Shown here one piece after another: positions 28,134-37,638 of a stretch of DNA of 64,000 bases. Under the pieces are notes generated by a model. The model was not told where the DNA came from. It saw only the letters and a list, made by a program, of their open reading frames with translations, and did not search any database. The stretch comes from an uncultured Gammaproteobacteria bacterium (lineage in GTDB: Bacteria > Patescibacteriota > Microgenomatia > UBA8517). The position numbers were made by a program, and so were the translations under genes. The stretch lies in NCBI GenBank assembly GCA_964395115.1, contig CAYMZX010000003.1, positions 14,111 through 78,110 on the forward strand, written 5' to 3'. Positions within the stretch are counted from its first letter, which is position 1; every line of letters starts with the position of its first letter.

Positions 28134-28667
28134 ATGACAACAGAGCGGTTCCCCGAAAGAAATAATCGTCAGGTCCAACAAGCCACATTATGTTTCTTAA
28201 TGGAAGGAGATCAGATTTTATTGGCAATGAAGAAAAGAGGTTTTGGGGCGGGTTTTTGGAACGGAGTAGGCGGGAAAGCCAAACTAGGAGAATCAGTGTC
28301 AATAGCGGTTCGCAGAGAGGCTTGGGAGGAAATAGGAATACACGTTATTGAGGCGGAAAAAGTTGCCCTTTTACATTTTTACTTCCCTGAGGATGAAGGG
28401 AAAAAAGATTGGAATCAAGATGTTCATGTTTTCTTTATTAAAAGATGGTTGGGTAAGCCGAAGGAGAGCGAGGAAATGAATCCTCAGTGGTTTAAAATTG
28501 ACGATCTTCCTTTCGAAGAAATGTGGGCTGATGATCGTTTCTGGTTACCGAGGGTGTTGTTAGGAGAGAAGATAGAGGGATGGTTTCGTTTTGATGAGAA
28601 GACTGGGCTTCTGGATCAAGAAATCAAAAATGTGGAAGAAGGCGGAAAAATTTTTGGCGAAGGATAA
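28134..28667 (+). CDS. NUDIX hydrolase (MutT-like)
   Basis: Nudix box GGKAKLGESVSIAVRREAWEEIGI. Confidence 0.8.
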   Translation: MTTERFPERNNRQVQQATLCFLMEGDQILLAMKKRGFGAGFWNGVGGKAKLGESVSIAVRREAWEEIGIHVIEAEKVALLHFYFPEDEGKKDWNQDVHVFFIKRWLGKPKESEEMNPQWFKIDDLPFEEMWADDRFWLPRVLLGEKIEGWFRFDEKTGLLDQEIKNVEEGGKIFGEG

Positions 28668-29217
28668 ATATCTTGGACCGCTAGTTAAAAAATATGGTCC
28701 ATGTAAAATAAGACCAAGCAAAAAAGGAAAGTATTTTTCCACCTTGGTTGGGGCGATTATTTCTCAGCAGATTTCGAGTAAGGCCGCCGCGGCAATCTTT
28801 AGCCGGGTTAAAAAAGGACTGGATAGCAAGATTATTCCCGAAGAGATCTTGTCCACCAGTGAGACAAAATTTAGAAAATGGGGGCTCTCAAAACAAAAAA
28901 TAAACTACCTTAAGGATTTAGCCTACAAAATTGAGAGGAAAGAAATTGAAATAAAGAAATTAGACAGGCAAACCGACGAAGAAATACTTAAAAAGCTTGT
29001 TTCCGTGAAAGGTATCGGTCGTTGGACCGCTGAAATGTTTTTGATGTTTACTTTAGCCAGAAAGGATGTCTTTCCGGCTGATGATTTGGGGATACAAAAG
29101 GGAGTATCTAAATTATTCAAAAGAAATTATAAAATCCATGAAATAGAACAAATTTCTAAAAGGTGGAAGCCGTTTAGAACGGCCGCCTCGTGGTATATTT
29201 GGAAATTTCAGGATTAG
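28630..29217 (+). CDS. HhH-GPD superfamily DNA glycosylase (AlkA/EndoIII-like)
   Basis: Helix-hairpin-helix VKGIGRWTAEMFLMF followed by the Asp-containing FPADDLGIQKG. I chose the start at 28630 (MWKKAEKF); the track start 28591 overlaps the NUDIX gene more. Confidence 0.7.
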   Translation: MWKKAEKFLAKDKYLGPLVKKYGPCKIRPSKKGKYFSTLVGAIISQQISSKAAAAIFSRVKKGLDSKIIPEEILSTSETKFRKWGLSKQKINYLKDLAYKIERKEIEIKKLDRQTDEEILKKLVSVKGIGRWTAEMFLMFTLARKDVFPADDLGIQKGVSKLFKRNYKIHEIEQISKRWKPFRTAASWYIWKFQD

Positions 29218-29882
29218 TATTTTGGAAGTACTGAAAGCGGGTTAATCGGGACTCCATGATCACGGATTTCGAGATGAAGATGGGATCCGGAAGACTGGCC
29301 CGACGAGCCCATTTCACCAATAATTGTATCAGTGGTAACCTCTTGACCGGGCAAAACAGAGATTTTTGAGAGATGGGCATACAAAGAAGTAATTTTTCCT
29401 CCATGGTTAATGATAACTGTATTTCCATAGGCAAATTTTGATTTACCAATCATTTCAACCACCCCGTTTTTAATTGGGCGGATTTCATCTCCGGTTTCTC
29501 CATCAAAATCAAGGCCAGGGTGGAAAAGTTGATATTCCTGACTAATTCTAATCTCGCTGACAGGGTACTGTATGGCGCTTTTAGTAATTAATGGGCTGTT
29601 TGATTCTGTAATAATAACCTGTTCATTTTCAATGTTCGCCAGGCTATTATTAGGAATAAAAGTGCTGATCAAAAGAATTAAGGCTAAATTTGTACCTAGA
29701 AGTTTTTTGATTTTTCTACGTTCAAAAATGAGTCGGAAAAAACGGGAAAGTTTTTGACCCCTTCTGATATTTTTAATTTTCTCGAGATCGGGTAAAAGTG
29801 AATTATCTATGAAAGCCCCCCGCCTTTTTGAGAGCAGAATCTGGAGGCGGTACTTGGGAAACTGAAATGAGAACCTTATCAT
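29214..29882 (-). CDS. M23 family metallopeptidase (peptidoglycan endopeptidase) with an N-terminal TM
   Basis: HPGLDFDG...GNTVIINHGGKITSLYAHL...GSSGQSSGSHLHLEI are the M23 motifs (HxxxD, HxH). Confidence 0.8.
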   Translation of the reverse strand: MIRFSFQFPKYRLQILLSKRRGAFIDNSLLPDLEKIKNIRRGQKLSRFFRLIFERRKIKKLLGTNLALILLISTFIPNNSLANIENEQVIITESNSPLITKSAIQYPVSEIRISQEYQLFHPGLDFDGETGDEIRPIKNGVVEMIGKSKFAYGNTVIINHGGKITSLYAHLSKISVLPGQEVTTDTIIGEMGSSGQSSGSHLHLEIRDHGVPINPLSVLPKY

Positions 29883-29998
29883 TGTCGGGCAGGGGAAAAT
29901 ATAATCCAGAGTAGATACTTTGGATAATTAAAAAATCCCGCACTAGGCGAGATGTGTCGCAATTATAACTTGTGAAATCGGAAATTGCAAATTTTAGG

Positions 29999-30070
29999 AG
30001 GCCGGAGCGGGAATCGAACCCGCGCATCGCGGTTTTGCAGACCGCAGCGTTTCCACTTCGCCATCCGGCC
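29999..30070 (-). tRNA. tRNA-Cys (anticodon GCA)
   Basis: I folded the bottom strand by hand: GGCCGGA acceptor, D-arm, anticodon stem GCGGT/ACCGC with loop CTGCAAA (GCA), T-arm GCGGG-TTCGATT-CCCGC, 3' acceptor TCCGGCC. No encoded CCA. Confidence 0.85.
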
Positions 30071-30162
30071 GTTGATAGGATTTATTTTATCTCAAAGTTG
30101 TGATTAATACAAAATAAAAATCTTGTCAGTTTAGCCAGCCTCGTGTTAAACTTGCCTACGCA

Positions 30163-31017
30163 ATGAAAAAGCTGTGGGGGGTTTTTCTGTTCGTCTTAGG
30201 TTTGGGATTCTTGTCGGTGGCCGGACTTTTTCTTTTGGGATATTTAAATCCAAAAGAGGCTGGGATTCTGATTGAAACGGACCCAGTCAGTCTTGTTTAT
30301 ATCAACGGCCAAGAGGTGGGTCAGACCCCCTTAGAATACAAAACCCGCCCCGGCGAAGCGACGGTCAAACTTGCCCCCCTCTCGGATAATTTTGCTTCCT
30401 TTGAGACAAAAATAACCCTAGTTCCAGGCGTTTTGACAATAATTCGTCGGGAATTGAAGGAAACCGAGGAAGACTCGGCGGGAGAAATAGTTTCCTTCGA
30501 GAAAATCGGCGGGAAGAAGGCAGAAATTGCCGTTGTATCTATTCCTAATTCAGCCGAAGTTTTCTTGGATGGCCATAGTCGCGGCTTTGCGCCGATTAAG
30601 AGTTCTACGGTCGCAGGAAGACACGAAATAAAAGTTTTCGCTACGAATTATCAACAGAGAGTTTTTGAAATAAAAACACTGGTGGGTTACAAAGTGACGG
30701 CGGTTGTCAAACTATCCCCGGCGGTTAAAGAAACAGAAAAAATACCACTTATCCAAGAAGAACAAACCCTAGTAGAGATTCTTTCTACGCCAACGGGTTT
30801 TCTGAGGGTCAGAGACAAGCCAGGATTGGCGGGAGTTGAAATTGCCCAGGTGGGGCCCGGCGAAAAATACCTCTTTTTGGGAGAGGATGAATTAACGGGT
30901 TGGTATAAGATTGAAATTGATAAAGACAGAGAAGGGTGGGTATCAAGTCAGTACGCCAAAAAGGTTCAAGGAATTTTATCTCCGACCCCAAGTCCCGCGG
31001 CTACGCCTAGCCAATAG
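30163..31017 (+). CDS. Membrane-anchored PEGA-domain / SH3b-domain surface protein
   Basis: N-terminal TM. PEGA-like repeats (VYINGQEVGQTP..., VFLDGHSRGFAP...). The C-terminal SH3b-like block is GFLRVRDKPGLAGVEIAQVGPGEKYLFLGEDELTGWYKIEI. Confidence 0.6.
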   Translation: MKKLWGVFLFVLGLGFLSVAGLFLLGYLNPKEAGILIETDPVSLVYINGQEVGQTPLEYKTRPGEATVKLAPLSDNFASFETKITLVPGVLTIIRRELKETEEDSAGEIVSFEKIGGKKAEIAVVSIPNSAEVFLDGHSRGFAPIKSSTVAGRHEIKVFATNYQQRVFEIKTLVGYKVTAVVKLSPAVKETEKIPLIQEEQTLVEILSTPTGFLRVRDKPGLAGVEIAQVGPGEKYLFLGEDELTGWYKIEIDKDREGWVSSQYAKKVQGILSPTPSPAATPSQ

Positions 31018-31957
31018 TCGCCAAACCTCCATAGAAAATCCAAATAATCATAACTAACCATAGGAAAACCGAGGACATCAAGTATATATCAGTCAAGAGG
31101 AGTTTTTCTGGGGATTCGCTCCGGCCTTCAAAAATCAGGCTTTCATATCTCATTATTCCAAATATTGTGACGGGAATGGTAAACATAAGAAGTTTATTGA
31201 TAGTAGTAGTGCGAGATAATTCGGCCAAAAAGAGCCAGACAGGCAAGGAAGCCCGAGGGGACTCAAAGAAGGTAAATAGAGACCAACTCATCCAGGCGGC
31301 ATTCCCGAACATAGTGACATAAGAATTAAGAAGCTCTCTCTGGTAATGGGCCAGGCTTTCCCGGGTTATCCCTTCTTGAGGCAGTAAATTAAGCTCGGCC
31401 CTCCTTTTACCGGCAGCCAGGAAAAGAGAGACGGAGATAACACATAAAAGAAACCAGACTGAAAGATGGGCGTCAATGACAAAGGCGCCGGCATAAACCC
31501 TTATGATAAAGCCGGTGGCGATAATCAAAATATCAATGATCGCTATCTTTTTGAGACCGAGACTATAAAAAAACTGGAGAACCAAATAAGCAATAACGGC
31601 CCAAAAAAACAAGGGATTGAGAGTTTTGGCTAAAACCAGAGAGAAGAGGGTAAAAAGAAAACTGATTAAAATTGCGACTGGGGAGGAAATTTTTCCCGAT
31701 GCCACCGCTCTGAATTTTTTGATTGGATGCAACCTATCATATTTAGCATCCATAACGTCATTAAATGTATAAGAAGCGGAGGAGGCTAAACTGAATCCAA
31801 CAAAGGCCCAAAGAACTTTACTAAACAGAATTTCATTGAAAAGGTTTCCACTAAAAATGATGGCGGCGAAAAGGAAAAGATTTTTGATCCAATGAATTGG
31901 GCGGATGATATTTATTATCGAGCTAATCATCAATATTTTGGACGATAAGTAAGCCAC
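31007..31957 (-). CDS. UbiA-family prenyltransferase, decaprenyl-phosphate phosphoribosyltransferase (DPPR synthase)-like
   Basis: NDVMDAKYDRLHPIKKFRAVASGKIS carries the NDxxDxxxD motif and the DPPR-synthase-like context, with 8-9 TM helices. Confidence 0.8.
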   Translation of the reverse strand: MAYLSSKILMISSIINIIRPIHWIKNLFLFAAIIFSGNLFNEILFSKVLWAFVGFSLASSASYTFNDVMDAKYDRLHPIKKFRAVASGKISSPVAILISFLFTLFSLVLAKTLNPLFFWAVIAYLVLQFFYSLGLKKIAIIDILIIATGFIIRVYAGAFVIDAHLSVWFLLCVISVSLFLAAGKRRAELNLLPQEGITRESLAHYQRELLNSYVTMFGNAAWMSWSLFTFFESPRASLPVWLFLAELSRTTTINKLLMFTIPVTIFGIMRYESLIFEGRSESPEKLLLTDIYLMSSVFLWLVMIIWIFYGGLATIG

Positions 31958-33000
31958 AATATTAATCCTCCCAGAAGAACGGCAACCCCGACCATTGTAT
32001 ACATCTTGGTCGAAGCATTCAAATTAAGGGCCAAAATTCCCAGAAATGCAGAGATAAACCAATAAAATATGGCCACCCGTCTTTTGCCCCAGCCAATATC
32101 CAAAAGCCGATGATGTAAATGGCCGCGGTCGCCCCAGACGGGCGATTTTCCTGATAAAATTCGTCGCACAATAGTATATCCAGTGTCAATTAAAGGAACT
32201 CCTAAGACTACCATCAAGGTTCCCACCTTAGTCGTTGAAAGAATAGCCAAGACTGCTAATAAGTATCCAGCCAAAGTCGAACCTCCATATCCGGGCATAA
32301 TTTTTTGAGGATAAAAATTCCAAGGCAGGAATCCCAAGTAGGCACCGGCGGTTATAGAAGCCAGGATAATAACCGGCCATTGAGTGATGTCGGCCGAAAA
32401 TTTTAAAGAAAGAGCGGCGATAGTAACGGCCGAAACTACCACCACTCCCGGAAGTTGACCATCAACCCCCTTTGCACCCATATTAAGCATATTCATAATA
32501 AAAACTATCCAAATCAAGGCGAAGAGATCTGAGATTATCCAAATACTTCTTTGTTGTCCCCAAAAATTAAAACTTATCTGCGGCCGGGAAAGATCAATCA
32601 GGCCGTCGAAAGGGTTTGAAATATAGGCGATGCCGATTCCGGCGACGATAGGGATAGTGGCGGCGATAAATCCGGTCCCCAGTCTTAGATAAGGATTAAG
32701 GTCGTATTTATCGTCTAATATTCCGATGAGAGAAACAAAGGTTGCCCCGGCCAAAATTCCTACGACGTGCTTGTCTATTGGTAAGAAAACCAAAGAAATA
32801 ATACCGATGGCAAGAAAAGTAGCCAGTCCACCGGCCCGAGGGACGGGGTATGTATGAATAACTTTTGGATGTTTATGGACTTTGGGGTCGTCGATAATAT
32901 TAAATTTTCGAGCGAATCTAATGGCAAGGGGGGTAGTTAGATAAGCCAAAATCCCCGCCATTATACCCGGCAAAAGTGCCAATCTGATTATTTCCATCAA
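31930..33000 (-). CDS. Glycosyltransferase family 4 polyprenyl-phosphate N-acetylhexosamine-1-phosphate transferase (MraY/WecA/WbpL family)
   Basis: GILDDKYDL, FIMNMLNMGAKGVDGQ and a polytopic topology. Confidence 0.8.
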   Translation of the reverse strand: MMEIIRLALLPGIMAGILAYLTTPLAIRFARKFNIIDDPKVHKHPKVIHTYPVPRAGGLATFLAIGIISLVFLPIDKHVVGILAGATFVSLIGILDDKYDLNPYLRLGTGFIAATIPIVAGIGIAYISNPFDGLIDLSRPQISFNFWGQQRSIWIISDLFALIWIVFIMNMLNMGAKGVDGQLPGVVVVSAVTIAALSLKFSADITQWPVIILASITAGAYLGFLPWNFYPQKIMPGYGGSTLAGYLLAVLAILSTTKVGTLMVVLGVPLIDTGYTIVRRILSGKSPVWGDRGHLHHRLLDIGWGKRRVAIFYWFISAFLGILALNLNASTKMYTMVGVAVLLGGLILWLTYRPKY

Positions 33001-33001
33001 T

Positions 33002-33343
33002 TTAAAAACTGCCCACCAAAAAGATTATTTTAAGGGTGGTAATATAGGCAAAAAAGGTTCCCGCCACGCCCCCAAAAATAATTATTTTTTTAAGGAAATC
33101 CTCCTGTATTTTTAAGGCAATTAATGAATTAATTAAGATAATCACTAACGATGCCAGGGCGGGAATCACCAGAAAAAAACTTTTTACAAGTTGGTCCTCC
33201 CCTTCGGCCAATCCATAAAAAAGGGGGACTACCGGAGGAAGAAATTTTTGACTGAGGAGAACGATTCCGGCAAGAACAGCATTTAGAATTACACAAACGA
33301 CAATAAGTCTTCGAAACGGCAGGTCGGCGAGCCCCAATTTCAT
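33002..33343 (-). CDS. Small 3-4 TM membrane protein of unknown function
   Basis: 113 aa, hydrophobic, tightly packed in the glycosylation operon. Confidence 0.5.
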   Translation of the reverse strand: MKLGLADLPFRRLIVVCVILNAVLAGIVLLSQKFLPPVVPLFYGLAEGEDQLVKSFFLVIPALASLVIILINSLIALKIQEDFLKKIIIFGGVAGTFFAYITTLKIIFLVGSF

Positions 33344-33387
33344 AAGAGACTAGCTTCAATTTTACTCGAAGGAAGAGAAAGGAGCAA

Positions 33388-34893
33388 TTAAATTGCCTTG
33401 ACGCTTCCCTTCAGCCGCCAAACTTCTGCCTCGTTAATATTGAAGATAAGCATATAAGATTTTTTTAGAAAAGACAAAAGTTGAGGAAATCCTCCAGCTT
33501 CAGGAAGGATAATGATGAATTTTGGAGGGTTATTCTCAAGAATTCTGACTTCTTTTTCTTTGGAAGAAAAATCGTTAATATGATAATCGGCGACAAATTT
33601 TCCCGGCGGAAGTCTTCTGGATAGAGCATAAACGGCAGAGGAATCGGGCCCCCAAACAAAGATTTTTTCCGAAGGATTAGTTGAGCTCGCAAGAAAACGA
33701 GCAATTTCATAATGGGTCGGAACTTGGCGGCCAAAACTGGCAAGGTACTCCTCTCGAGAGCTTTTGCCGACGGCAAATTTGATAAATCTTGAATAGTAGC
33801 CCGAAGTTGAATAATACCAAAACTTGAAATAAAAGGAAGCGAAAAAGACCAAAACAATGGGCAAGATGACCAACGATTGTTCTAGCGATTTTTCCGCGAA
33901 CAAAATCGCAAAGAGAAAAGAAAGTGGAGCGGCAATCTGAAGTAGATAATGAGGATAAGGGCGTTCGGAGAGAGTAGCGGCAAAAAGCCCGAAAAAGGTC
34001 CAAACAGTCAAAAATATGAATTTATTCGAAAGTTTCGACCTTTTTAAAAAAAGAATTGCCACTCCTACAGCCACGATACCCAATCGAATCAAAAGCGGCA
34101 GATTCCTAAGTGAGAATGGTTTGTTGATATCTTGGGGCCGCCAACTAGACAGATATCCGATATTTTGTAGGAAGGCTGCCCGAATATAATCGCCAAGATT
34201 GCCAGCCAAAAGAAACCAAGCAAGAGATATGCAAATTGGCACTAAAAAACCAGCCACCAAATAGAGTGATTTGGTGAACGTATCTTTCAAGGCTTCCTTT
34301 TTCAAGCCGGAGATGACGAGCCAGAAAACAATGATAACCAGCAAATCAAAGGCCGCTGGAATCTTAAATAGGGCGGCGATTCCGAAAAGAACACCGGCAA
34401 CAAAAATATCTTTTGAATAACCCTTTTTATCCATAAGAAGCAAGAAAGCGGCGACAATTGGGCCAATCATAAAGTTTTCAGCATTGGCAATGTTTCCTTC
34501 CAAAAGCGGAAGGGTCGTGAGAAGGGCAAAAATAACGACGGCAGTTTTTTGAACCTTAGTTTTGTTCGGGAAAAGTTTTTCAGATAGTTTCCAAAAAAGG
34601 ACTATGGTTGCCAGGCTCCAGAAAGCCAAGATTGTCTTAAACCAGAAAACGTTTCCAGCTAAAGCAGCCAGAAGATAAAGCAAAGGAGGCTTATTGTCAT
34701 AAATTCCTGAGTATAGAGGCAGTCCATGTTTTATTCCTTCTCCGACAGAGAGATAAATCATCTCGTCTCCGTAAGAAAAAGGTTCTAGAAAGGAGGGGAT
34801 TCTGAGGACTAAAACCAGGGCCAAAACGAGAATTATCCAACTAGGCAGATGAAGTTTATCTAGAAAGTTTTTCATTGAGCTCGTTCCATCCAA
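33388..34893 (-). CDS. GT-C fold glycosyltransferase (ArnT/PMT-like, GT39/GT83 type)
   Basis: N-terminal FSYGDEMIYLSVGEGIKHGLPLY carries the DE motif after TM1, and the protein is polytopic. Confidence 0.75.
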   Translation of the reverse strand: MDGTSSMKNFLDKLHLPSWIILVLALVLVLRIPSFLEPFSYGDEMIYLSVGEGIKHGLPLYSGIYDNKPPLLYLLAALAGNVFWFKTILAFWSLATIVLFWKLSEKLFPNKTKVQKTAVVIFALLTTLPLLEGNIANAENFMIGPIVAAFLLLMDKKGYSKDIFVAGVLFGIAALFKIPAAFDLLVIIVFWLVISGLKKEALKDTFTKSLYLVAGFLVPICISLAWFLLAGNLGDYIRAAFLQNIGYLSSWRPQDINKPFSLRNLPLLIRLGIVAVGVAILFLKRSKLSNKFIFLTVWTFFGLFAATLSERPYPHYLLQIAAPLSFLFAILFAEKSLEQSLVILPIVLVFFASFYFKFWYYSTSGYYSRFIKFAVGKSSREEYLASFGRQVPTHYEIARFLASSTNPSEKIFVWGPDSSAVYALSRRLPPGKFVADYHINDFSSKEKEVRILENNPPKFIIILPEAGGFPQLLSFLKKSYMLIFNINEAEVWRLKGSVKAI

Positions 34894-36137
34894 ATAATTT
34901 TAAGGGAATCAAATATCTTTTCTTCTTTCTTAGTATATCCGGGTATTTGAATCTCCTCAATAGGGCCACTGGTAATAACTCCAAGGCGGTTAATTTTCTT
35001 GGGAAGAGTTTCTATGACATCATCGGGTCCCATAAGGGCGGTTCCGACATAGAAAGGAAGTTTGTCCCTTCCTTGGGGGACGTATAAGGGCGCCGGTATC
35101 CCGTAGTATTTCGCCTCCCAAAGATGGTGGGCGGCCGAGTTCCAGTTTATTAAAAAATCATCTCCTCGTTTCACCTCCTTTACATACGAAGAAAATTCTC
35201 GAAATGGTCGTTTTGTCGGGCGAGTAAAATAAATAAAATCTACCAAAATAAAAATGGCCAGAATAATGACCAAGATAATGTTAGAAATTTTTCTTCTCTG
35301 GCTCGCTGCCAAAAGCATAGCTGGCGGAATTGTGTAAATTAGATATCTATCATAAAAAAGGGGGGTAAATTTCTGGGATATTCCCCATGACAAGAAAACT
35401 GGTAATGTAGCCCAGAGGAATAGAGGTAATGATTTCCTGAAATTTAGACGCCAATTTCGTAAAGGAAGAAGAAACAGGCTTGCATTAAGATATTTGAAAA
35501 ACAAAAGAGCCAAATCTTTAAACGTCGGTTTTCCCAGCCAAAAACCGCTTTCAACAAGTTTTGTTTGTTTATACAGGGGTATCAACCAAGGGGAATAAAG
35601 AATTCCGACGACCAGAAAAACCTTAAGCATGGTCATTGCCAATTTTCTGTTACCCCCAAACAACTCTCCTAAAAAAAGAAGGGCCTGAACCAAAAGGGCG
35701 AAGAAACAGAAATGCTGAGTATAAAGAGCCATGGTCGTAGTCAAAATATAAAAGCCCCACCTTCTTCTTAGGAAGAAATAAAACGAAGCGGTAACGGTTG
35801 CCACCAGAAGAGAATACATTCTTCCCTCAAAACCATAGGTAAACAAAAAAGGATTAAAAAAAGTAAGAAGGGCGGCAAGTATGGCGGTTTTTTTATCCCA
35901 AAAATACCCCCCTATTTTATAGGTAAAATAAACCGCCCCTAAAAGAAATAAAAAAGCCAAAATCCTAATAGAGACCTCGCTGGCGCCGAAAAGTCTAAAC
36001 CAAAGACTTTCCAGAATATTAAACAAAGGCGGATGCGGCTCATTGGTGGAAATTTTGATTATCTCGGGAATTCCCTTCAAAGAAAGAATAGCGGAGAACG
36101 CCTCGTCCCCCCAAAGGCTGGCAGTAAATTGATTCAC
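34872..36137 (-). CDS. GT-C fold glycosyltransferase (ArnT/PMT-like), paralogous to the neighbouring gene
   Basis: WGDEAFSAILS is a DE motif, with a polytopic membrane topology. Confidence 0.7.
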   Translation of the reverse strand: MNQFTASLWGDEAFSAILSLKGIPEIIKISTNEPHPPLFNILESLWFRLFGASEVSIRILAFLFLLGAVYFTYKIGGYFWDKKTAILAALLTFFNPFLFTYGFEGRMYSLLVATVTASFYFFLRRRWGFYILTTTMALYTQHFCFFALLVQALLFLGELFGGNRKLAMTMLKVFLVVGILYSPWLIPLYKQTKLVESGFWLGKPTFKDLALLFFKYLNASLFLLPLRNWRLNFRKSLPLFLWATLPVFLSWGISQKFTPLFYDRYLIYTIPPAMLLAASQRRKISNIILVIILAIFILVDFIYFTRPTKRPFREFSSYVKEVKRGDDFLINWNSAAHHLWEAKYYGIPAPLYVPQGRDKLPFYVGTALMGPDDVIETLPKKINRLGVITSGPIEEIQIPGYTKKEEKIFDSLKIIWMERAQ

Positions 36138-36144
36138 GTTTTCA

Positions 36145-37635
36145 CTATACCTTTTCGGTTACCCGATATTCAATATATTTCCCTAGCATAAGGCGGGTAT
36201 GGGCGTCGAGACCGGGGAGGGCGGTGAAAAAAAAGCCGGCGATTGGCATAAGAATAAATTCAAATGGGGCAACGAGGGCCTTCCAAAGAGGAACCTCCTT
36301 TGGCCTTTTTGGTTTATAGAAATTATTGATAATTATCATTATTACTAAGAAGCCGAGTGCTACAGTCAACACATAAGAAGAAAGTCGGGGGACGGTATAG
36401 CCGAGGGTAGTTTTGGCAAAAGCGGGGTTTAAAATTGAGGGGATAGTTAATCCTAGCGTGATAATAAACCAATTGACGGGCCACATAAAATGAGCCCAGA
36501 GAGCGTATATTAATCGCATGGTCTTGTCCCAAAAGGGGACCCCGGGCGTTAAAAAGTAATTTTTTATTATCCAGGGGTCATCCGAAACGCCCCAGGCCCA
36601 CCTTTTGTATTGTTCGTATTGATTTTTTAATGTTTTCAGTAAAGAGGTCGATTGAGGCGCATCCGCATGTAGTGGTAGATAAATGGGTTCAACTTCGACC
36701 CCTCCCCGTTTTTTGTAATAGGCCTTAAAGAAGATTCCCCAATCTTCCGGAATTTTATCTGGGTCCCAGTAATCAACCTCATCAAGGAGTTTAAAAGAAA
36801 GAGAGTAGTTTTGCTGGTTGATGAGCCGGTCTTTTCTCGACAATTGGGAAAGATTCCAGATCGAAGAGATTGTGTTGGGAACTCGCGTAATGGCCGGCAA
36901 TTCCCAGATATTGTTGTAAAACATCACTGCCGGTTGCCAGAAATATCGGTAACGATTTGGATTATCAAGGAATTTAAAAGTCAGACATGAGAAGTGTTTG
37001 GGATGATACACGTGGTCGGCATCACAAGAGGTGATAGTTAAATAATTTATATCGTACAATAGTTCGTCTATAAGTTTTTTCTTAGCCCAAATACCAGCAT
37101 AGCGTTCATTAGAAGCCTTTCCTACAACCTCGCCGGGCCCCAGCCTATGGACAGTTACAAAGAAATGGCCGAAGGTTTTACCGAATTTTTTGGTGAGAGC
37201 CAGCGCTTTCCCAAGTCTTTGTTCTTTTTCCTCCTTCTCTTCCATTGCCAGAATTACAATTAGCTGTTTTTTGGGAAAATCCTGCCTGGCTAATGAGGTA
37301 AGTGTTCTTTCCAGGATATAAAGAGGTTCTTTATAGGTGGGGACAATAATTATGTGGTGGACCTTTTTCCAGTCAGAAAATGGTTTGAGATCCCCAAGCC
37401 AATCATAACTCAAAGAAGCCTGAATTTTTAAATGGGAGATAAAGGCGGCGAGAGCTATTTGAAGAGACTGGTAAAACCAATAGATATTAAAAGCAAGAAC
37501 GAAATAAGCAACTACATTAGGAATTATAAAAATTCCCCAATAAGGAAAAAGAATAGCGTTCCAAGAAAAAAGACCGGGGAGAATTTCTAAGAAACGGTGG
37601 ATGAGTTTATCATGCTTTACGAAAAGGTTCCTCAT
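36145..37635 (-). CDS. Membrane GT2 glycosyltransferase of the processive (cellulose/chitin-synthase-like) type
   Basis: IIIVPTYKEP, DAD and QYKRWAWG (the QxxRW motif), with N- and C-terminal TM helices. Confidence 0.8.
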   Translation of the reverse strand: MRNLFVKHDKLIHRFLEILPGLFSWNAILFPYWGIFIIPNVVAYFVLAFNIYWFYQSLQIALAAFISHLKIQASLSYDWLGDLKPFSDWKKVHHIIIVPTYKEPLYILERTLTSLARQDFPKKQLIVILAMEEKEEKEQRLGKALALTKKFGKTFGHFFVTVHRLGPGEVVGKASNERYAGIWAKKKLIDELLYDINYLTITSCDADHVYHPKHFSCLTFKFLDNPNRYRYFWQPAVMFYNNIWELPAITRVPNTISSIWNLSQLSRKDRLINQQNYSLSFKLLDEVDYWDPDKIPEDWGIFFKAYYKKRGGVEVEPIYLPLHADAPQSTSLLKTLKNQYEQYKRWAWGVSDDPWIIKNYFLTPGVPFWDKTMRLIYALWAHFMWPVNWFIITLGLTIPSILNPAFAKTTLGYTVPRLSSYVLTVALGFLVIMIIINNFYKPKRPKEVPLWKALVAPFEFILMPIAGFFFTALPGLDAHTRLMLGKYIEYRVTEKV

Positions 37636-37638
37636 AGA

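Noticed and set aside
28123-28160. Possible terminator hairpin after groEL (CTGTCAcctaaTGACAacAG)
   Set aside because: The stem is imperfect and short with no T-tract. It is not convincing as an intrinsic terminator.
33465-34003. Minus-strand ORFs 33465-33857 and 33707-34003 within the GT-C gene 33388-34893
   Set aside because: They are alternate frames of the same strand, embedded in a longer ORF with a GT-C DE motif and TM periodicity.
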